A stretch of DNA of 64,000 bases from a virus. Taxonomy: Duplodnaviria; Caudoviricetes. Below the pieces are notes generated by a model that saw only the letters and a program-made list of their open reading frames with translations, did not search any database and was not told the origin of the DNA. The stretch is from IMG/VR virus record IMGVR_UViG_3300033121_001944, positions 1-64,000 of that record, one strand, 5' to 3'. This document shows, one piece after another, positions 7,876 through 18,376 of the stretch; the first letter of the stretch is position 1; each line of letters starts with the position of its first letter. The position numbers and the translations under genes were made by a program.

Positions 7876-10239
7876 ATGTTCACAGTTGGTACAACAGTCG
7901 GTGGCGGTGGCGGCGGCGGTAGTAGCCCTAGCGATCTTGTCAATGTCGTTCCTCACGCTACTGGCGTTAAAGGTCTAAGTACTACCCTTACAAATAATAG
8001 TATTATCCAAACATTCGGACATTCCACCAGCGGGAACGGTCCCGCCTCTTATTTTTACCAAACAAACGGTACGGGCTTAGTTAATAGCGGTACGATCTTC
8101 TTTGGTCCTGGGGGCAGCGGTCGAATGAATCTTATCGGCGATGCTTACGTAGTTGACGTGACCAAGTTCGGTGCCGTTGGAAATGGTACAACGGACGATA
8201 CGGCTGCTATTACGAGAGCTATCAGCTATGCCAGTGCAATGTCTACTTCATATCGACATCCCCTACTGTATTTCCCGCCAGGACGTCGCTATTTAGTTAG
8301 CCTCCTTAACGTGCCCCGCTTGATCGATATTGATATGACGGGCTCCGCCATTTTCTCGGCTAGCACTCAATACGATCAGCCCATTTTGTCGATTGGTAGC
8401 AGCGGTCAAGGATCATTTACCGCAAACTTTGCCTCGAAATTTAAAGGTCTCCACGTCGAATACAACGGGGCTCCAGCCACTCACGGATATCCCACATCTG
8501 GCATTAACGATTATTTTGGTATCCGCATTATCAACGCTCTAGACTGTGAAATTGAAGTTCTGGAGGTTAACGGATTTTGCGGCGGTGTGCAACTTTTATC
8601 CAGCGGTGCATTTGGAGATACGCCATGTGCTCATAACACGCTAACCATCGGCTCCATCTATGGCTGCAAAATTGGTTTAGATTTACGAGCATGGGAACGA
8701 GGTTATACCAACGAAAACCTAATCTTCAATGGCAACTTTGCCCCAGGCACTGAAATTACTAATTATGGGTCAGCTTACGGCGTGAGATTCTCCCGTGCTG
8801 GTGTCTCGCATTACGCTGGACAAAACAACAACGTATTTATGAAGCCATGCTTCCAGCTTGGAAACTGGAGACTAGATTGGTCAGCAGGTCTTGTTATCGG
8901 CACTAATTATAGAGTGTACTATAACGGAAATGAATACTTAGCTCTTAATACTGGCACCACGGGAGCTACGCCCCCTACTCACACAACGGGCACTGCCTCG
9001 GACGGCACTATCAACTGGAGATACCTCGGTCCATACCGACGAAGTCCTGTTTACCACGAAAACGCCGGTGCGTTAAATCGCTTTATCGGTAGCCGCTGGG
9101 AAGGCGCCATTGGCTCGTTCGCCTTTATTAGCGGTACGGGCATTCAAGGTCCGTCTGTTTACGAATATGAATGGTACAACCTAATCGATAGCGGCAACGC
9201 GACAAGGCAGATTGAAGATATTGAAAATGCCACTGATGTCACTGTAAGTTCTGCTCAATCTTTTATGTTGCAAGGTAAAGATATCATTCGCCCTCAGTCG
9301 ATTGGCATTGATAATCTTCACCACAGGGCAGTCGCTGGAGCGTCGGGCTGGACCGTTGCCGGTCTAGGCTTCAATCATTATTATACTAATGCCTTTAGAA
9401 CGTATACATCTGGCGAACTAAAACTTTGCCGCGATTCTCTCTACATTAATTGCTATAGTAATCCAATGAGCGGATTTACAACTGTACAGGTGGCGGACTT
9501 GCTTTGTGCTGTTGTAGACGTTCAGCAAAATCATCGCTTCCGATTAGATCGTCAATGCGGTGGTGGATTGTCAGATCCATTAACGAATGGTGGTAGAACT
9601 GGTCGTGTTTATATGGGTCCCCTTAATGATTCATTCTCTCGAATGGACTTTGAGACTGGTGGAGTTGTTAATCGCCCCATCTTGCTTGCCGCAGATTATA
9701 GCGGAATGAGCGTGTTAACCGTAGACCTTATGCGAACTGGTGCTGATACTGCAGTTAACTTAGGTATTGTGGCTCACAGCTCGGTTCCTTACGTGCTGAT
9801 TGGATTCTTTGATATGCACCTTGAGGGCTTTACTGCCACCAAGGTTATGGAAAGCTTCCCGTATTTGAGGTCAAATGACATTGCGATGCTAAGTCGAGAT
9901 ATGATCTTTGGCGAAACACAACGCTCTAGCGTCGGAACCCCACGATGGGGCTACTTCGGTAAGCGCGGCGAAATTATCCAAAATCACATGGCAAGCGTTG
10001 GCAATCCCGCTTACTGGGTAGTTACTACGCCCGGCATTCTAGCTCCGACCTTTAATACTGGCGCTACCATCGTTAAGGGGGAGTTACGCCAAAACGGCAG
10101 TAATGTGTATGCGGCAAACTCGGCAGGTACGGCTGGGGCTACCCCGCCAACTACGACCGGGTCTGGCATTAGCGACGGCACTTTGACGTGGGATTATATT
10201 GGAACGACAGCAACTTTGACTCCAGGACCGAATCTCTAA
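7876..10239 (+). CDS. Tailspike / beta-helix depolymerase with two carbohydrate-binding-like repeats
   Basis: Pectate_lyase_3-type start VTKFGAVGNGTTDDTAAI..AI; duplicated Y/QNG..Y.A...GT.GATPPT.T.G..SDGT..W.Y.G module. Confidence 0.75.
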   Translation: MFTVGTTVGGGGGGGSSPSDLVNVVPHATGVKGLSTTLTNNSIIQTFGHSTSGNGPASYFYQTNGTGLVNSGTIFFGPGGSGRMNLIGDAYVVDVTKFGAVGNGTTDDTAAITRAISYASAMSTSYRHPLLYFPPGRRYLVSLLNVPRLIDIDMTGSAIFSASTQYDQPILSIGSSGQGSFTANFASKFKGLHVEYNGAPATHGYPTSGINDYFGIRIINALDCEIEVLEVNGFCGGVQLLSSGAFGDTPCAHNTLTIGSIYGCKIGLDLRAWERGYTNENLIFNGNFAPGTEITNYGSAYGVRFSRAGVSHYAGQNNNVFMKPCFQLGNWRLDWSAGLVIGTNYRVYYNGNEYLALNTGTTGATPPTHTTGTASDGTINWRYLGPYRRSPVYHENAGALNRFIGSRWEGAIGSFAFISGTGIQGPSVYEYEWYNLIDSGNATRQIEDIENATDVTVSSAQSFMLQGKDIIRPQSIGIDNLHHRAVAGASGWTVAGLGFNHYYTNAFRTYTSGELKLCRDSLYINCYSNPMSGFTTVQVADLLCAVVDVQQNHRFRLDRQCGGGLSDPLTNGGRTGRVYMGPLNDSFSRMDFETGGVVNRPILLAADYSGMSVLTVDLMRTGADTAVNLGIVAHSSVPYVLIGFFDMHLEGFTATKVMESFPYLRSNDIAMLSRDMIFGETQRSSVGTPRWGYFGKRGEIIQNHMASVGNPAYWVVTTPGILAPTFNTGATIVKGELRQNGSNVYAANSAGTAGATPPTTTGSGISDGTLTWDYIGTTATLTPGPNL

Positions 10240-10240
10240 T

Positions 10241-10252
10241 GGTGTATAAGTA
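10241..10252 (+). promoter_or_regulatory. Putative late promoter GGTGTAT-AAGTA
   Basis: Intergenic, 2 nt after the tailspike stop, upstream of the portal. Confidence 0.7.
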
Positions 10253-10275
10253 ATCAATAGGATTAACCAATACCA

Positions 10276-12348
10276 TTGAGTGAAGAACAACAAAAACCCA
10301 CATTTTATGTAAAAGCTGAAACTGGAGAGGATTACAGCCACATTGCTCAAGCGGCGATGCGAGGCGTGCCCCTCCAGGACGGCAATACTACAGGTCGCGT
10401 AGGTTTTTCTCGCCAAGATTATGAAGACCAGCGCCTATGCTCTACCCTACCTGTTCACCATCATGACATCATGAGAAAGATGGATGAGGTCTACGATAAT
10501 GTAGGTCTCGCCCGCCATCTACTCGACCTTATGGCGGATTTTACCGTGCAAGGCATCGAGGTTGTTCATGAGAATAAGTCTATTGAGACTTTCTATAAGA
10601 ATTGGTTCGCTCGCGTACAAGGCGTAGATCGCTCAGAACGCTTTGCAGCCAACCTTTATAAATATGGCACATCTATAGTAAAAAGGCGGTGGGCTACTCT
10701 TACGAAAAAGGATAAGAAGAAAATCCAAAGGGCGGCTGCCTCAGATCTAACGATTGATCATTCGCAGGCACCGTCACGTAAGATCCCCATTCGTTACGTG
10801 TTTCTAAATCCCGCCACTGTAGAAGTGTTGGGCGGCGATCTAGCCCGCTTTGTCGGAGGCAAGCTTCGCTACGGATTGCGCGTCCCTTTCACTCTTACCA
10901 CTGCTTTGGGCTCCCAAGCTGCTGGCGTGAAAAACGAGCAGGCTATTATTGATGAACTGATGAGCCAGCTTCCAGATGAAATTAAGGAGGCGATGAAGGG
11001 TAGTGGCGGAAAGATTATCCCTTTCAAGGAAGACGTCTTAGTATTCCATTATAAGAAAGAGGATTGGGATCTTTGGGCTAAACCTATCATGTATGGCATC
11101 CTGCAGGACATCGAGGTGCTTGACAAATTAAAGCTGGCTGATTTAACGGCACTTGAGGGCGCTATTGATAGGGTGCGCATTTTTAAATTGGGAAGTCTAG
11201 AGCACGGACTCGCCCCAACAGAAGCTGCTTTCGAGGCTCTTAACGCTTTACTGCAAGTCAATACTGGGGCTGGCGTTCGCAATATTATCTGGGGTCCAGA
11301 CCTCACAATTGAGGAAAGCTCCGTTGACTCTTACCAATTCTTAGGTGAGGAAAAATACAGACCAACCCTCTCTGCAATATTTGCCGGGCTTGGCATCCCG
11401 CCGTCCCTAACTGGCACGAGCGAGATTGGTGGAACAACTAATAATTTAGTTAGCCTAAAGTCCTTCATTAAGAAGTTAGAGTACGGGCGAAGCAAGCTAG
11501 TTGACTTTTGGGCTCAAGAGTTCGAGCTAGTTAGACAAATTATGGGATTCCAAAAGGCGGCGGTCTTGCAGTTTGATCAAAACAACCTGGGCGACGAAGA
11601 GGCTGAGAAAAAGCTCTACATCGATATGGCTGATCGTGACATTATCCCATTTGAGGTTGTACATAAGAAGTTTGGTTTAGACAGCGCCGTTACTTCTAAG
11701 AAGGTGCAGAGCGAGTGGCGTGAGCGAAAGTCCAAGAGGCGCGTTAAGAAAGCTGACCCATTCCACGACGGCGGCAACGCTGAGAATGCCCTTAAGAAAT
11801 CACTTTTGGATAAGGGGATCGTTCAACCATCCGAGGTCGGTCTTGAACTAGACGAGAAGAAGCCCGGCGAGAACTTTAATATGTTACCCGCTCCGGTAGC
11901 CCCCACTGGAGGGGTTCCAGCTAAGAAGCTTAAGGGTAAGGCGGGTCGTCCACAGAATAGTCGCGACACCGTCCCCCGCAAGCAGCGTGCCTTTAAGCCG
12001 ATCATTAAGGCGACTGAACTATGGGCAGCCACCGCACAAGAACAGATCGCCCAATTAGTTAATCCTGTTATTTTGGCACGTTTTGAAAAGAAGAATATGC
12101 GGAGCTTGACCGAGGCACAAACTGATGAGTCGGAGCAGCTCAAGTTCCACATTTTCATGAACATGGCGGCTTTCACAGAAATTAACGATAAGACTATTGC
12201 CGAGGCTGTAGCTAAACCATTCCCACAAGGGGCGTACGCTACATACCTAGAGGCTGCTAAGGAAACTAAACAGGTGCTGGGGCGAGAACTTACGTTTGCA
12301 GAACTGCATTCTATACAAATAGGAGTATATGTAGATGTCCAAGATTAA
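10276..12348 (+). CDS. Portal protein
   Basis: Size, position between TerL and the head genes, helical pattern (VYDNVGLARHLLDLMADF; IFAGLGIPPSL; FDQNNLGDE); TTG start. Confidence 0.8.
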   Translation: MSEEQQKPTFYVKAETGEDYSHIAQAAMRGVPLQDGNTTGRVGFSRQDYEDQRLCSTLPVHHHDIMRKMDEVYDNVGLARHLLDLMADFTVQGIEVVHENKSIETFYKNWFARVQGVDRSERFAANLYKYGTSIVKRRWATLTKKDKKKIQRAAASDLTIDHSQAPSRKIPIRYVFLNPATVEVLGGDLARFVGGKLRYGLRVPFTLTTALGSQAAGVKNEQAIIDELMSQLPDEIKEAMKGSGGKIIPFKEDVLVFHYKKEDWDLWAKPIMYGILQDIEVLDKLKLADLTALEGAIDRVRIFKLGSLEHGLAPTEAAFEALNALLQVNTGAGVRNIIWGPDLTIEESSVDSYQFLGEEKYRPTLSAIFAGLGIPPSLTGTSEIGGTTNNLVSLKSFIKKLEYGRSKLVDFWAQEFELVRQIMGFQKAAVLQFDQNNLGDEEAEKKLYIDMADRDIIPFEVVHKKFGLDSAVTSKKVQSEWRERKSKRRVKKADPFHDGGNAENALKKSLLDKGIVQPSEVGLELDEKKPGENFNMLPAPVAPTGGVPAKKLKGKAGRPQNSRDTVPRKQRAFKPIIKATELWAATAQEQIAQLVNPVILARFEKKNMRSLTEAQTDESEQLKFHIFMNMAAFTEINDKTIAEAVAKPFPQGAYATYLEAAKETKQVLGRELTFAELHSIQIGVYVDVQD

Positions 12349-12586
12349 TATCGAGTTTGATACAGTCACTAAGGAAATGGTGGTCATGAAAGACGGGGCT
12401 GCCATTTCAGATGTTTGTTACATATCCGTCCACAAGAGTTATGAAGAGGATGGGAAGTTCAGCATTTCTTTGGAAAGCGAACAAAAGGATGAGCAAAATA
12501 AGAGTGTCACTCGCACCATTATTTACGCAACCGAAGCCCCGCGATCCGAATTTGCAGCCGCCGTAGCCGCTCGCTATGGTGTATAA
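12335..12586 (+). CDS. Hypothetical protein
   Basis: 83-aa ORF coupled to the portal stop. Confidence 0.65.
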   Translation: MSKINIEFDTVTKEMVVMKDGAAISDVCYISVHKSYEEDGKFSISLESEQKDEQNKSVTRTIIYATEAPRSEFAAAVAARYGV

Positions 12587-12589
12587 ATC
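12578..12589 (+). promoter_or_regulatory. Putative late promoter GGTGTAT-AAATC
   Basis: Overlaps the last codons of the 12335 ORF; followed by AGGAG and ATG 12609. Confidence 0.7.
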
Positions 12590-12608
12590 AGCAGGAGAAA
12601 ACTAAGAG

Positions 12609-15416
12609 ATGTCCGACATTTTTCGTATAGATACTAGCGACAATATTAAGCTAACTGGGGGCGCTCAGAATGAGGGTATTTGCACCCACATCGATACGAG
12701 AGATGTCCGAACCAGAACTGAGTTGGAGTCCGGTGCCCAAAATGCTGGCGGTAACGACTCTACACCAGACGGTGGCGGGATTAGCTCCGTTTATGTGACT
12801 GGCTGCCTAACGGGAAGTGGAACTGAGTCTCTTCCAATCAGCGTTATTATTGATCCTACGGGCGGAATTTCTTGCGGTCCCAACGGCTTGCTTGTTACCA
12901 ACCTTGTCGTTGTCACTGGCGTTACTGCTACCAGTATTGTTGTAAGTGGCTGCCTTAGCGGAAGTGGCACCCCATCTAACCCGGTCGTCGTCTCGCTTAA
13001 TCCAACGGGCGGTATTCAATGTACTGCGGCGGGGCTGGCTTTACAGACTACTTATTTGACCTCCGTCACAAAATCAGGTTGCTTAACTGGCTCTGGAACT
13101 GCTGCTAGTCCCCTCGCACTATTTTTAAATCCTACTGGTGGCATCCAATGCACCGCTGATGGGCTTGCCGTCCAATTCCCTAGCACGACCGGCGTGAACG
13201 TCACCTCTTGTCTGTCAGGTGTTGGTACGTCAGCTAGTCCGCTAACCATCTTATTTAATCCGACAGGTAAGATTCATTGCACGGCGGCTGGTATTGCCCT
13301 GCAGGAAGTCTACCTCACTCAAGCGATCACATCAGGTTGCATTGGCGGTATTGGCACTGCCGGTAGCCCCATTGTCCTAACCATTAATCCTACTGGCGGC
13401 TTACAATGCACGGCGGGAGGTCTTGCTCTTTCAACGCTTGTTAGTGCGACGGTTCCCACTGGTTGTTTAACCGGCTCCGGTACTGTAGCGAGCCCGCTCA
13501 CCATTTTGTTAAACCCAACTGGCGGTCTCCATTGCACGCCTAGCGGCTTGGCTGTCAATTTGGCTGCCCTGTCTTCGACCGGTACGGTCTGCTACGCATT
13601 CAGCTACGAGACTGGCACTGCCCCAGCTTCGCCCACTATGCCGACGACTCCGCTTACGAGCTTGTCTTCAGGTAATGTGCAGGTCGAAGTTTACGATAAC
13701 GTCATCAGATTTTGGGCTTACAATCCATCAGGCTTCGTCCTCGATAAAGAGTTTAGCGGCGGATCGGGCGGAACTCCAGCAAGTCCGGCAAACTCCGTCC
13801 AATTTAATAACGGCGGTTCATTCGGCGGGTCGGCTAACCTAACGTGGGACGGCTCTACCGTTGGCGTATCAGGCACCATCAATATTAGCGGGGCTACATT
13901 AGCTAGTGACTCTGCTCATATTTTTGCTCAACGCAATGGAACGAACGCTCAAGCATTCCGCCTCTATAACACTTACCTAACTACCGGCGTCTATGAAAGA
14001 GGCATCTTCGATTGGGCGGGATCACCCGGCGTTTTGCAAATCGGCACACAGCATGGCGGTTCCGGTGTCCCTCGCGGTCTTCAACTAATTACGAGTGGTA
14101 CGCCTCGCATTGACATTAGTGCGGGCGGCGCCATCCAATTTAACAGCCTATATACTTTCCCACAAGTTAATGGGTCGAGTGGTCAAGTCCTAACGACCAA
14201 CGGGGCTGGAACACTGACATGGGCGAACGCTAGTGGTTCTGGTGGCGGGTCTGCCGCTTCACCTTCGGGCGCTGTCCAATTCAATAACGGAACGACCTTT
14301 GGTGGTGCGTCTAACTTTACGTGGGATAATGTAAATAATACGCTCAATGTTACGGGCACTATTACGACCCGCAATATCACCAACGTAGTCTACGCGATCA
14401 CTGACGGTACGGGCGTTGATATTAATCCTAATGATGGCGCTATCCAAGTTTGGTCGCTAGGTGGTAGTCGCACTCCGACCGCCAACTTCTTCAATCCCGG
14501 TCAAGCAGTCACGCTAATGATTGACGACGGATCTGGAAACACTATTAACTGGTCTACAATTAATCCTACGTGGATCGATGGGGCTGCCCCCAGCTTGCCA
14601 GTTAGCGGTTATGGACTAGTTGAATTATGGAAAGTGGGCTCTACGATCTTCGGGGCTTCGCTCGCAAGTGGCGTTGCTTCCGGTGGCGGTACGCCCGCCT
14701 CACCACTCACGTCAGTGCAATTTAATAGCGGCGGCTCCTTCGCGGGTTCGTCCGATTTTACATGGAATGGTTCTACCTTAAGTGTAACGGGAACGATTAC
14801 TGCTAAAAATATAGCGACGTCCATTTATACCATTTCTGATGGGACGGGTGTTGTAATCAATCCGGCTAACGGCGGCATCCAATTGTGGACGTTAGGAGCT
14901 TCACGCACACCGACTGCCCCGGCTTTTGCCGCTGGCGAATCTGTCACTTTGATGATTGATGACGGGTCCGGCTACACCGTAGATTGGAACTCGATCAATG
15001 TTAACTGGATTGGCGGCTCCGCCCCAACTCTAGCTACGAGCGGCTATACCCCAATTGAACTTTGGAAGGTTGGCTCAACCGTTTATGGCGTGGGCGTTGC
15101 GGCAAGCGGTGCCGCATCAAGCGCTGACTACTTCATCGACGAAACGGATGAGGGCAACTCGGGCACCTCCATCACGATCAACTTTGGTAGCAAAGCTAAC
15201 CACAAATTAACACTAACTGGGCATTGCACCTTAGCCTTTACGGCTCCTGCAAGTGCTCGCGAAACAAAAATCCGCTTCGTTCAAGGCGGTACTGGCGGCT
15301 ATACGATCACGCTCCCAAGCGGAACGCTCGGAACCACCCCAGTTTTACCAACCGGCGTTGGGCAACAGTCTGTAGTCTCGTTGTTCTACGATCGTGACGG
15401 CAACTGGCATGTTTAG
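12609..15416 (+). CDS. Repeat-rich G/S/T virion fibre protein
   Basis: Six Cys-pair repeats, three PASP..SVQFN.GG.F.GS..TW repeats, two DG.G..INP..G.IQ.W...KVGST domains and a C-terminal beta domain. Confidence 0.75.
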   Translation: MSDIFRIDTSDNIKLTGGAQNEGICTHIDTRDVRTRTELESGAQNAGGNDSTPDGGGISSVYVTGCLTGSGTESLPISVIIDPTGGISCGPNGLLVTNLVVVTGVTATSIVVSGCLSGSGTPSNPVVVSLNPTGGIQCTAAGLALQTTYLTSVTKSGCLTGSGTAASPLALFLNPTGGIQCTADGLAVQFPSTTGVNVTSCLSGVGTSASPLTILFNPTGKIHCTAAGIALQEVYLTQAITSGCIGGIGTAGSPIVLTINPTGGLQCTAGGLALSTLVSATVPTGCLTGSGTVASPLTILLNPTGGLHCTPSGLAVNLAALSSTGTVCYAFSYETGTAPASPTMPTTPLTSLSSGNVQVEVYDNVIRFWAYNPSGFVLDKEFSGGSGGTPASPANSVQFNNGGSFGGSANLTWDGSTVGVSGTINISGATLASDSAHIFAQRNGTNAQAFRLYNTYLTTGVYERGIFDWAGSPGVLQIGTQHGGSGVPRGLQLITSGTPRIDISAGGAIQFNSLYTFPQVNGSSGQVLTTNGAGTLTWANASGSGGGSAASPSGAVQFNNGTTFGGASNFTWDNVNNTLNVTGTITTRNITNVVYAITDGTGVDINPNDGAIQVWSLGGSRTPTANFFNPGQAVTLMIDDGSGNTINWSTINPTWIDGAAPSLPVSGYGLVELWKVGSTIFGASLASGVASGGGTPASPLTSVQFNSGGSFAGSSDFTWNGSTLSVTGTITAKNIATSIYTISDGTGVVINPANGGIQLWTLGASRTPTAPAFAAGESVTLMIDDGSGYTVDWNSINVNWIGGSAPTLATSGYTPIELWKVGSTVYGVGVAASGAASSADYFIDETDEGNSGTSITINFGSKANHKLTLTGHCTLAFTAPASARETKIRFVQGGTGGYTITLPSGTLGTTPVLPTGVGQQSVVSLFYDRDGNWHV
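12798..13556 (+). repeat. Six tandem ~40-aa repeats C(L/I).G.GT..SP.....(N/D)PTG.I.C...GL
   Basis: Read directly in the translation; two invariant Cys per unit; DNA is diverged at synonymous sites. Confidence 0.9.
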
Positions 15417-15434
15417 AAAGACCTTGGTTGAGTA

Positions 15435-15569
15435 ATGCGTAGTCGTATTTTACGAATAATTAGTATTGCAAGGCGTATCGTAGCAAGTGTGGCGAGCGCC
15501 TTTAAGACAGAGTCTGATGACAATCTCTTATTGGAGGACGGGTCCCGCATCTTACTAGAGGACGAATAA
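15435..15569 (+). CDS. 44-aa fibre-associated peptide (ends LLLEDGSRILLEDE)
   Basis: ATG 15435, TAA 15567-15569; LLLEDG..ILLE motif recurrent in phage fibre loci; not in the ORF track. Confidence 0.65.
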   Translation: MRSRILRIISIARRIVASVASAFKTESDDNLLLEDGSRILLEDE

Positions 15570-15570
15570 C

Positions 15571-17286
15571 ATGGCTGATCAAAAAATATCTGAATTACAA
15601 CTCGTAGTAGCTACTGGCGTTGCAGCCACTGGTATTTACGTTCCTCTTTATACCCCCATGCTGGCACCGGCTAATAGGCGGATTTCAGCGGCTGAGTTTT
15701 TCAAAACGCCTAAACGAATTGAGGTGAGCGATCCAGCCCTTGCCGGTACGGGCGAAGTGATGACTTTGACCACCAGTTATGGGACCGTCTCCCTTCGGGC
15801 AGGCACGAATGGTAAATTTATCGTTGGCGGAGATATCGCGGGAGTAGGTAGCGTATCGGTTGTTTCTGATAGTTCCCCACTTACACTTGGTGCCCTTGAC
15901 GACGTCAAACTTTATAGGGATGCTTCGGGCGTACTTGCCCTCCGCTATGACAGAAATGCCCAATCTCTTAAGGTTTATAATAGTTATACTGGCACTCATA
16001 ACGAGTTTGTCACGTTGCGCTTTTTAAGCGGTGCTGCACAGCTTGGAACATTCCAGGATGGGACTGGTATCGCTCGCTCTCTTAATATTTTAACGAGCGG
16101 CGTTGCTAGAATTAGTGCCCCGGCAGCTTCTGGCTCCGCAGTCACCATTACAAGTTATGACACTTCACAAGGTGGGGTGCTTGATTTAACCTCTCCACTA
16201 GGAACTGCCAATCTTCGCGTTGGTGCAGGCGGGCAACTTGCAACTCTAGCAGCTTTCTCTGCCGCTGGAGACATATCTTTAGTTAGTGACTCTGCCGCTT
16301 TAAAATTAGGTCTGTCTAGCGACGCCCAATTGTTTAGAGATGCCGCAGATACCCTAGCTCAACGACGTAATACAAACGCTCAAGCATTTCGTGTGTATAA
16401 CACTTATGTAAGTACTGGCGTAAACGAATATTTAAGCCTTGGCTTCTCCGCTAATACTGCCTTATTAGGCACGTTACGATCTGGCTCTGGCGTTGTACGT
16501 GATCTTAACATTTTATCAAGTGGTATTCCTCGCATTACTGTGCCTGCCGCCCACACTTCGGCAGTTGCTGTATCTGGTTTAGTTAGCATCAGCGGCATGG
16601 TAAACGGTGCGACATCGACACCAAGCCTCGCCGTTACGCAAGTTTGGGATAACGCCGCCACCGCCTTCAATGCGATGACGGTCAGCATTATTCCATCCAA
16701 CGCTAGTGCAAGCTCAAACTTCATTGAATTCTTATCTAGCGGAACCTCATATTCGAAACTTACTCAGTTTGGTGACTGGCAAGCCCCGTCATTTACTGCG
16801 GCAGACGGCAATACGAGAATTGGTAGCTCCGGCATTAAAGTCGGCGTAACGGCTCAATACACGTTCGTGCATGCGACGGGTGCATCTAGCCAAAACATCG
16901 CGGCTGGTCTTACCCTTGGTGGATCTGGTGTAGTCCGCGTGACAGATGGTTTTGCTAACACTGGATCTATCACGGTACGTAACACTAACTCAACTGTTTT
17001 TTCTATCCCTGACGGGGTGAGCGTAGATATCAATCCTGCCAGCGGTGCTATCCAGACTTGGGTTTTAGGCTCAGGACGAACTCCAACAGCCAATAACTTT
17101 GCGGCTGGACAGTCGGTTACTTTGATGATTGACGATGGTAGCGGGTTTGCCGTTAACTGGGGCTCGATGGGTGTAAGTTGGCTAAATTCTACACCTCCGG
17201 CGCTGCCGACTAGCGGATATGGTGTAGTTGAACTATGGAAGGTTGGTAGCACGATTTACGGAACATCTGTAGGAAACGTTGTCTAA
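15571..17286 (+). CDS. Tail fibre-like protein
   Basis: MADQKISEL N-terminus; two RDA...LA.R...AQ...VYN.Y modules; C-terminal domain shared with gp12609. Confidence 0.7.
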   Translation: MADQKISELQLVVATGVAATGIYVPLYTPMLAPANRRISAAEFFKTPKRIEVSDPALAGTGEVMTLTTSYGTVSLRAGTNGKFIVGGDIAGVGSVSVVSDSSPLTLGALDDVKLYRDASGVLALRYDRNAQSLKVYNSYTGTHNEFVTLRFLSGAAQLGTFQDGTGIARSLNILTSGVARISAPAASGSAVTITSYDTSQGGVLDLTSPLGTANLRVGAGGQLATLAAFSAAGDISLVSDSAALKLGLSSDAQLFRDAADTLAQRRNTNAQAFRVYNTYVSTGVNEYLSLGFSANTALLGTLRSGSGVVRDLNILSSGIPRITVPAAHTSAVAVSGLVSISGMVNGATSTPSLAVTQVWDNAATAFNAMTVSIIPSNASASSNFIEFLSSGTSYSKLTQFGDWQAPSFTAADGNTRIGSSGIKVGVTAQYTFVHATGASSQNIAAGLTLGGSGVVRVTDGFANTGSITVRNTNSTVFSIPDGVSVDINPASGAIQTWVLGSGRTPTANNFAAGQSVTLMIDDGSGFAVNWGSMGVSWLNSTPPALPTSGYGVVELWKVGSTIYGTSVGNVV

Positions 17287-18101
17287 TGCGAAGTGGAATG
17301 CTGAGATCTAGCAGCCAGTATGGAGCCCCCAGAAAGCTGCTAGACACTTATATTGGGGCGGCTGGCGTTTACTCGCTTAGGCAGTTGCGAACTGGTTATA
17401 GCGGTCCCGCCATTCGTGTTCGTCGCTCTAGTGATGATACCGAACAAGATATTTATTTTCTAAATGGCATTTTAGATACAGTATCTTTACTTGCTTTTTG
17501 CGGGGCGGGCAACGGATTTGTCCGTACTTGGTATGACCAGAGCGGGTTTGGCAGACATGCACAGCAAACAACTAATGCGGATCAGCCACAAATTGTTTCT
17601 AGCGGCGCCGTAATTACGCAAGGGTCTAAGCCCGCCATTGACTTTTTGGGCACCAAAGGTTTTACGGCTTACTCAGCTCTTTATGCGACAGCACCGTCAG
17701 GCTTTAATACATTTTGCGTAGCTTCTCCGGGGGCTTCTGGAAGTTTCCGTGGCTTGTTCAGCCCTGGATCTTCAGTAACCCAACATATGTTGTTAAGCCA
17801 GCTTACCAGCGATGGGGTGTGGGGCTCTTTTTCTACATCTGGTCAGCCAGCCTCGGGCACTTTTAATACTCGCTCCCTCCTAGAAATGCAATCTGCTGAC
17901 GGAGAGACTGGCGACTTTTTCTTTAATAACTCTGGGGCTGGCAGCTTTGCAACCTCCATTGGGCAGTCAACTCTAATTGGTGGTGCCCCAGGACAAAAAC
18001 ATGACGGAACTATACAAGAGATTATTTATTTTGAGTCTAATCAGGCGCCTGTTCGGGCAACGATAGCGTCTGGGATTAATTCGTTTTACAGTATTTATTA
18101 A
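17286..18101 (+). CDS. Virion-associated ConA/LamG-like protein with GH54 (ArabFuran-catal)-like N-terminus, paralog 1
   Basis: YSLRQLRTGYSGPAIRVRRSSDDTEQDI...WYDQSG.GRHAQQ motif. Confidence 0.6.
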   Translation: MRSGMLRSSSQYGAPRKLLDTYIGAAGVYSLRQLRTGYSGPAIRVRRSSDDTEQDIYFLNGILDTVSLLAFCGAGNGFVRTWYDQSGFGRHAQQTTNADQPQIVSSGAVITQGSKPAIDFLGTKGFTAYSALYATAPSGFNTFCVASPGASGSFRGLFSPGSSVTQHMLLSQLTSDGVWGSFSTSGQPASGTFNTRSLLEMQSADGETGDFFFNNSGAGSFATSIGQSTLIGGAPGQKHDGTIQEIIYFESNQAPVRATIASGINSFYSIY

Positions 18102-18121
18102 GATTTTAAGAAAGGTTTGTT

Positions 18122-18376
18122 ATGAATAAGAATGATGCTTTAGTTTTGTTGGATAGGATTTCCCAGTTTGTCCCATTAACCCATGATCAGCATGAATTGT
18201 TGGCTAAGTCTTTCAAGGTTCTCCTTAGTAATGAGGGTAACGCAAAGGAAGCCCTGTCGGTTGTTGATCAAGTTGTAAAGGCAGCTCCTCTGGTCCGGGC
18301 TGAATATGAGTTATCGCGGAGGGCGGTTCAATTGTTGGCTGCGCCTGAAGTAGACGGGGGTGACGGTGCTTCGTAA
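18122..18376 (+). CDS. Small helical protein with internal duplication
   Basis: NKNDALVLLDRISQFVPLTHDQHELL.. aligns with NAKEALSVVDQVVKAAPLVRAEYELS.. Confidence 0.65.
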   Translation: MNKNDALVLLDRISQFVPLTHDQHELLAKSFKVLLSNEGNAKEALSVVDQVVKAAPLVRAEYELSRRAVQLLAAPEVDGGDGAS

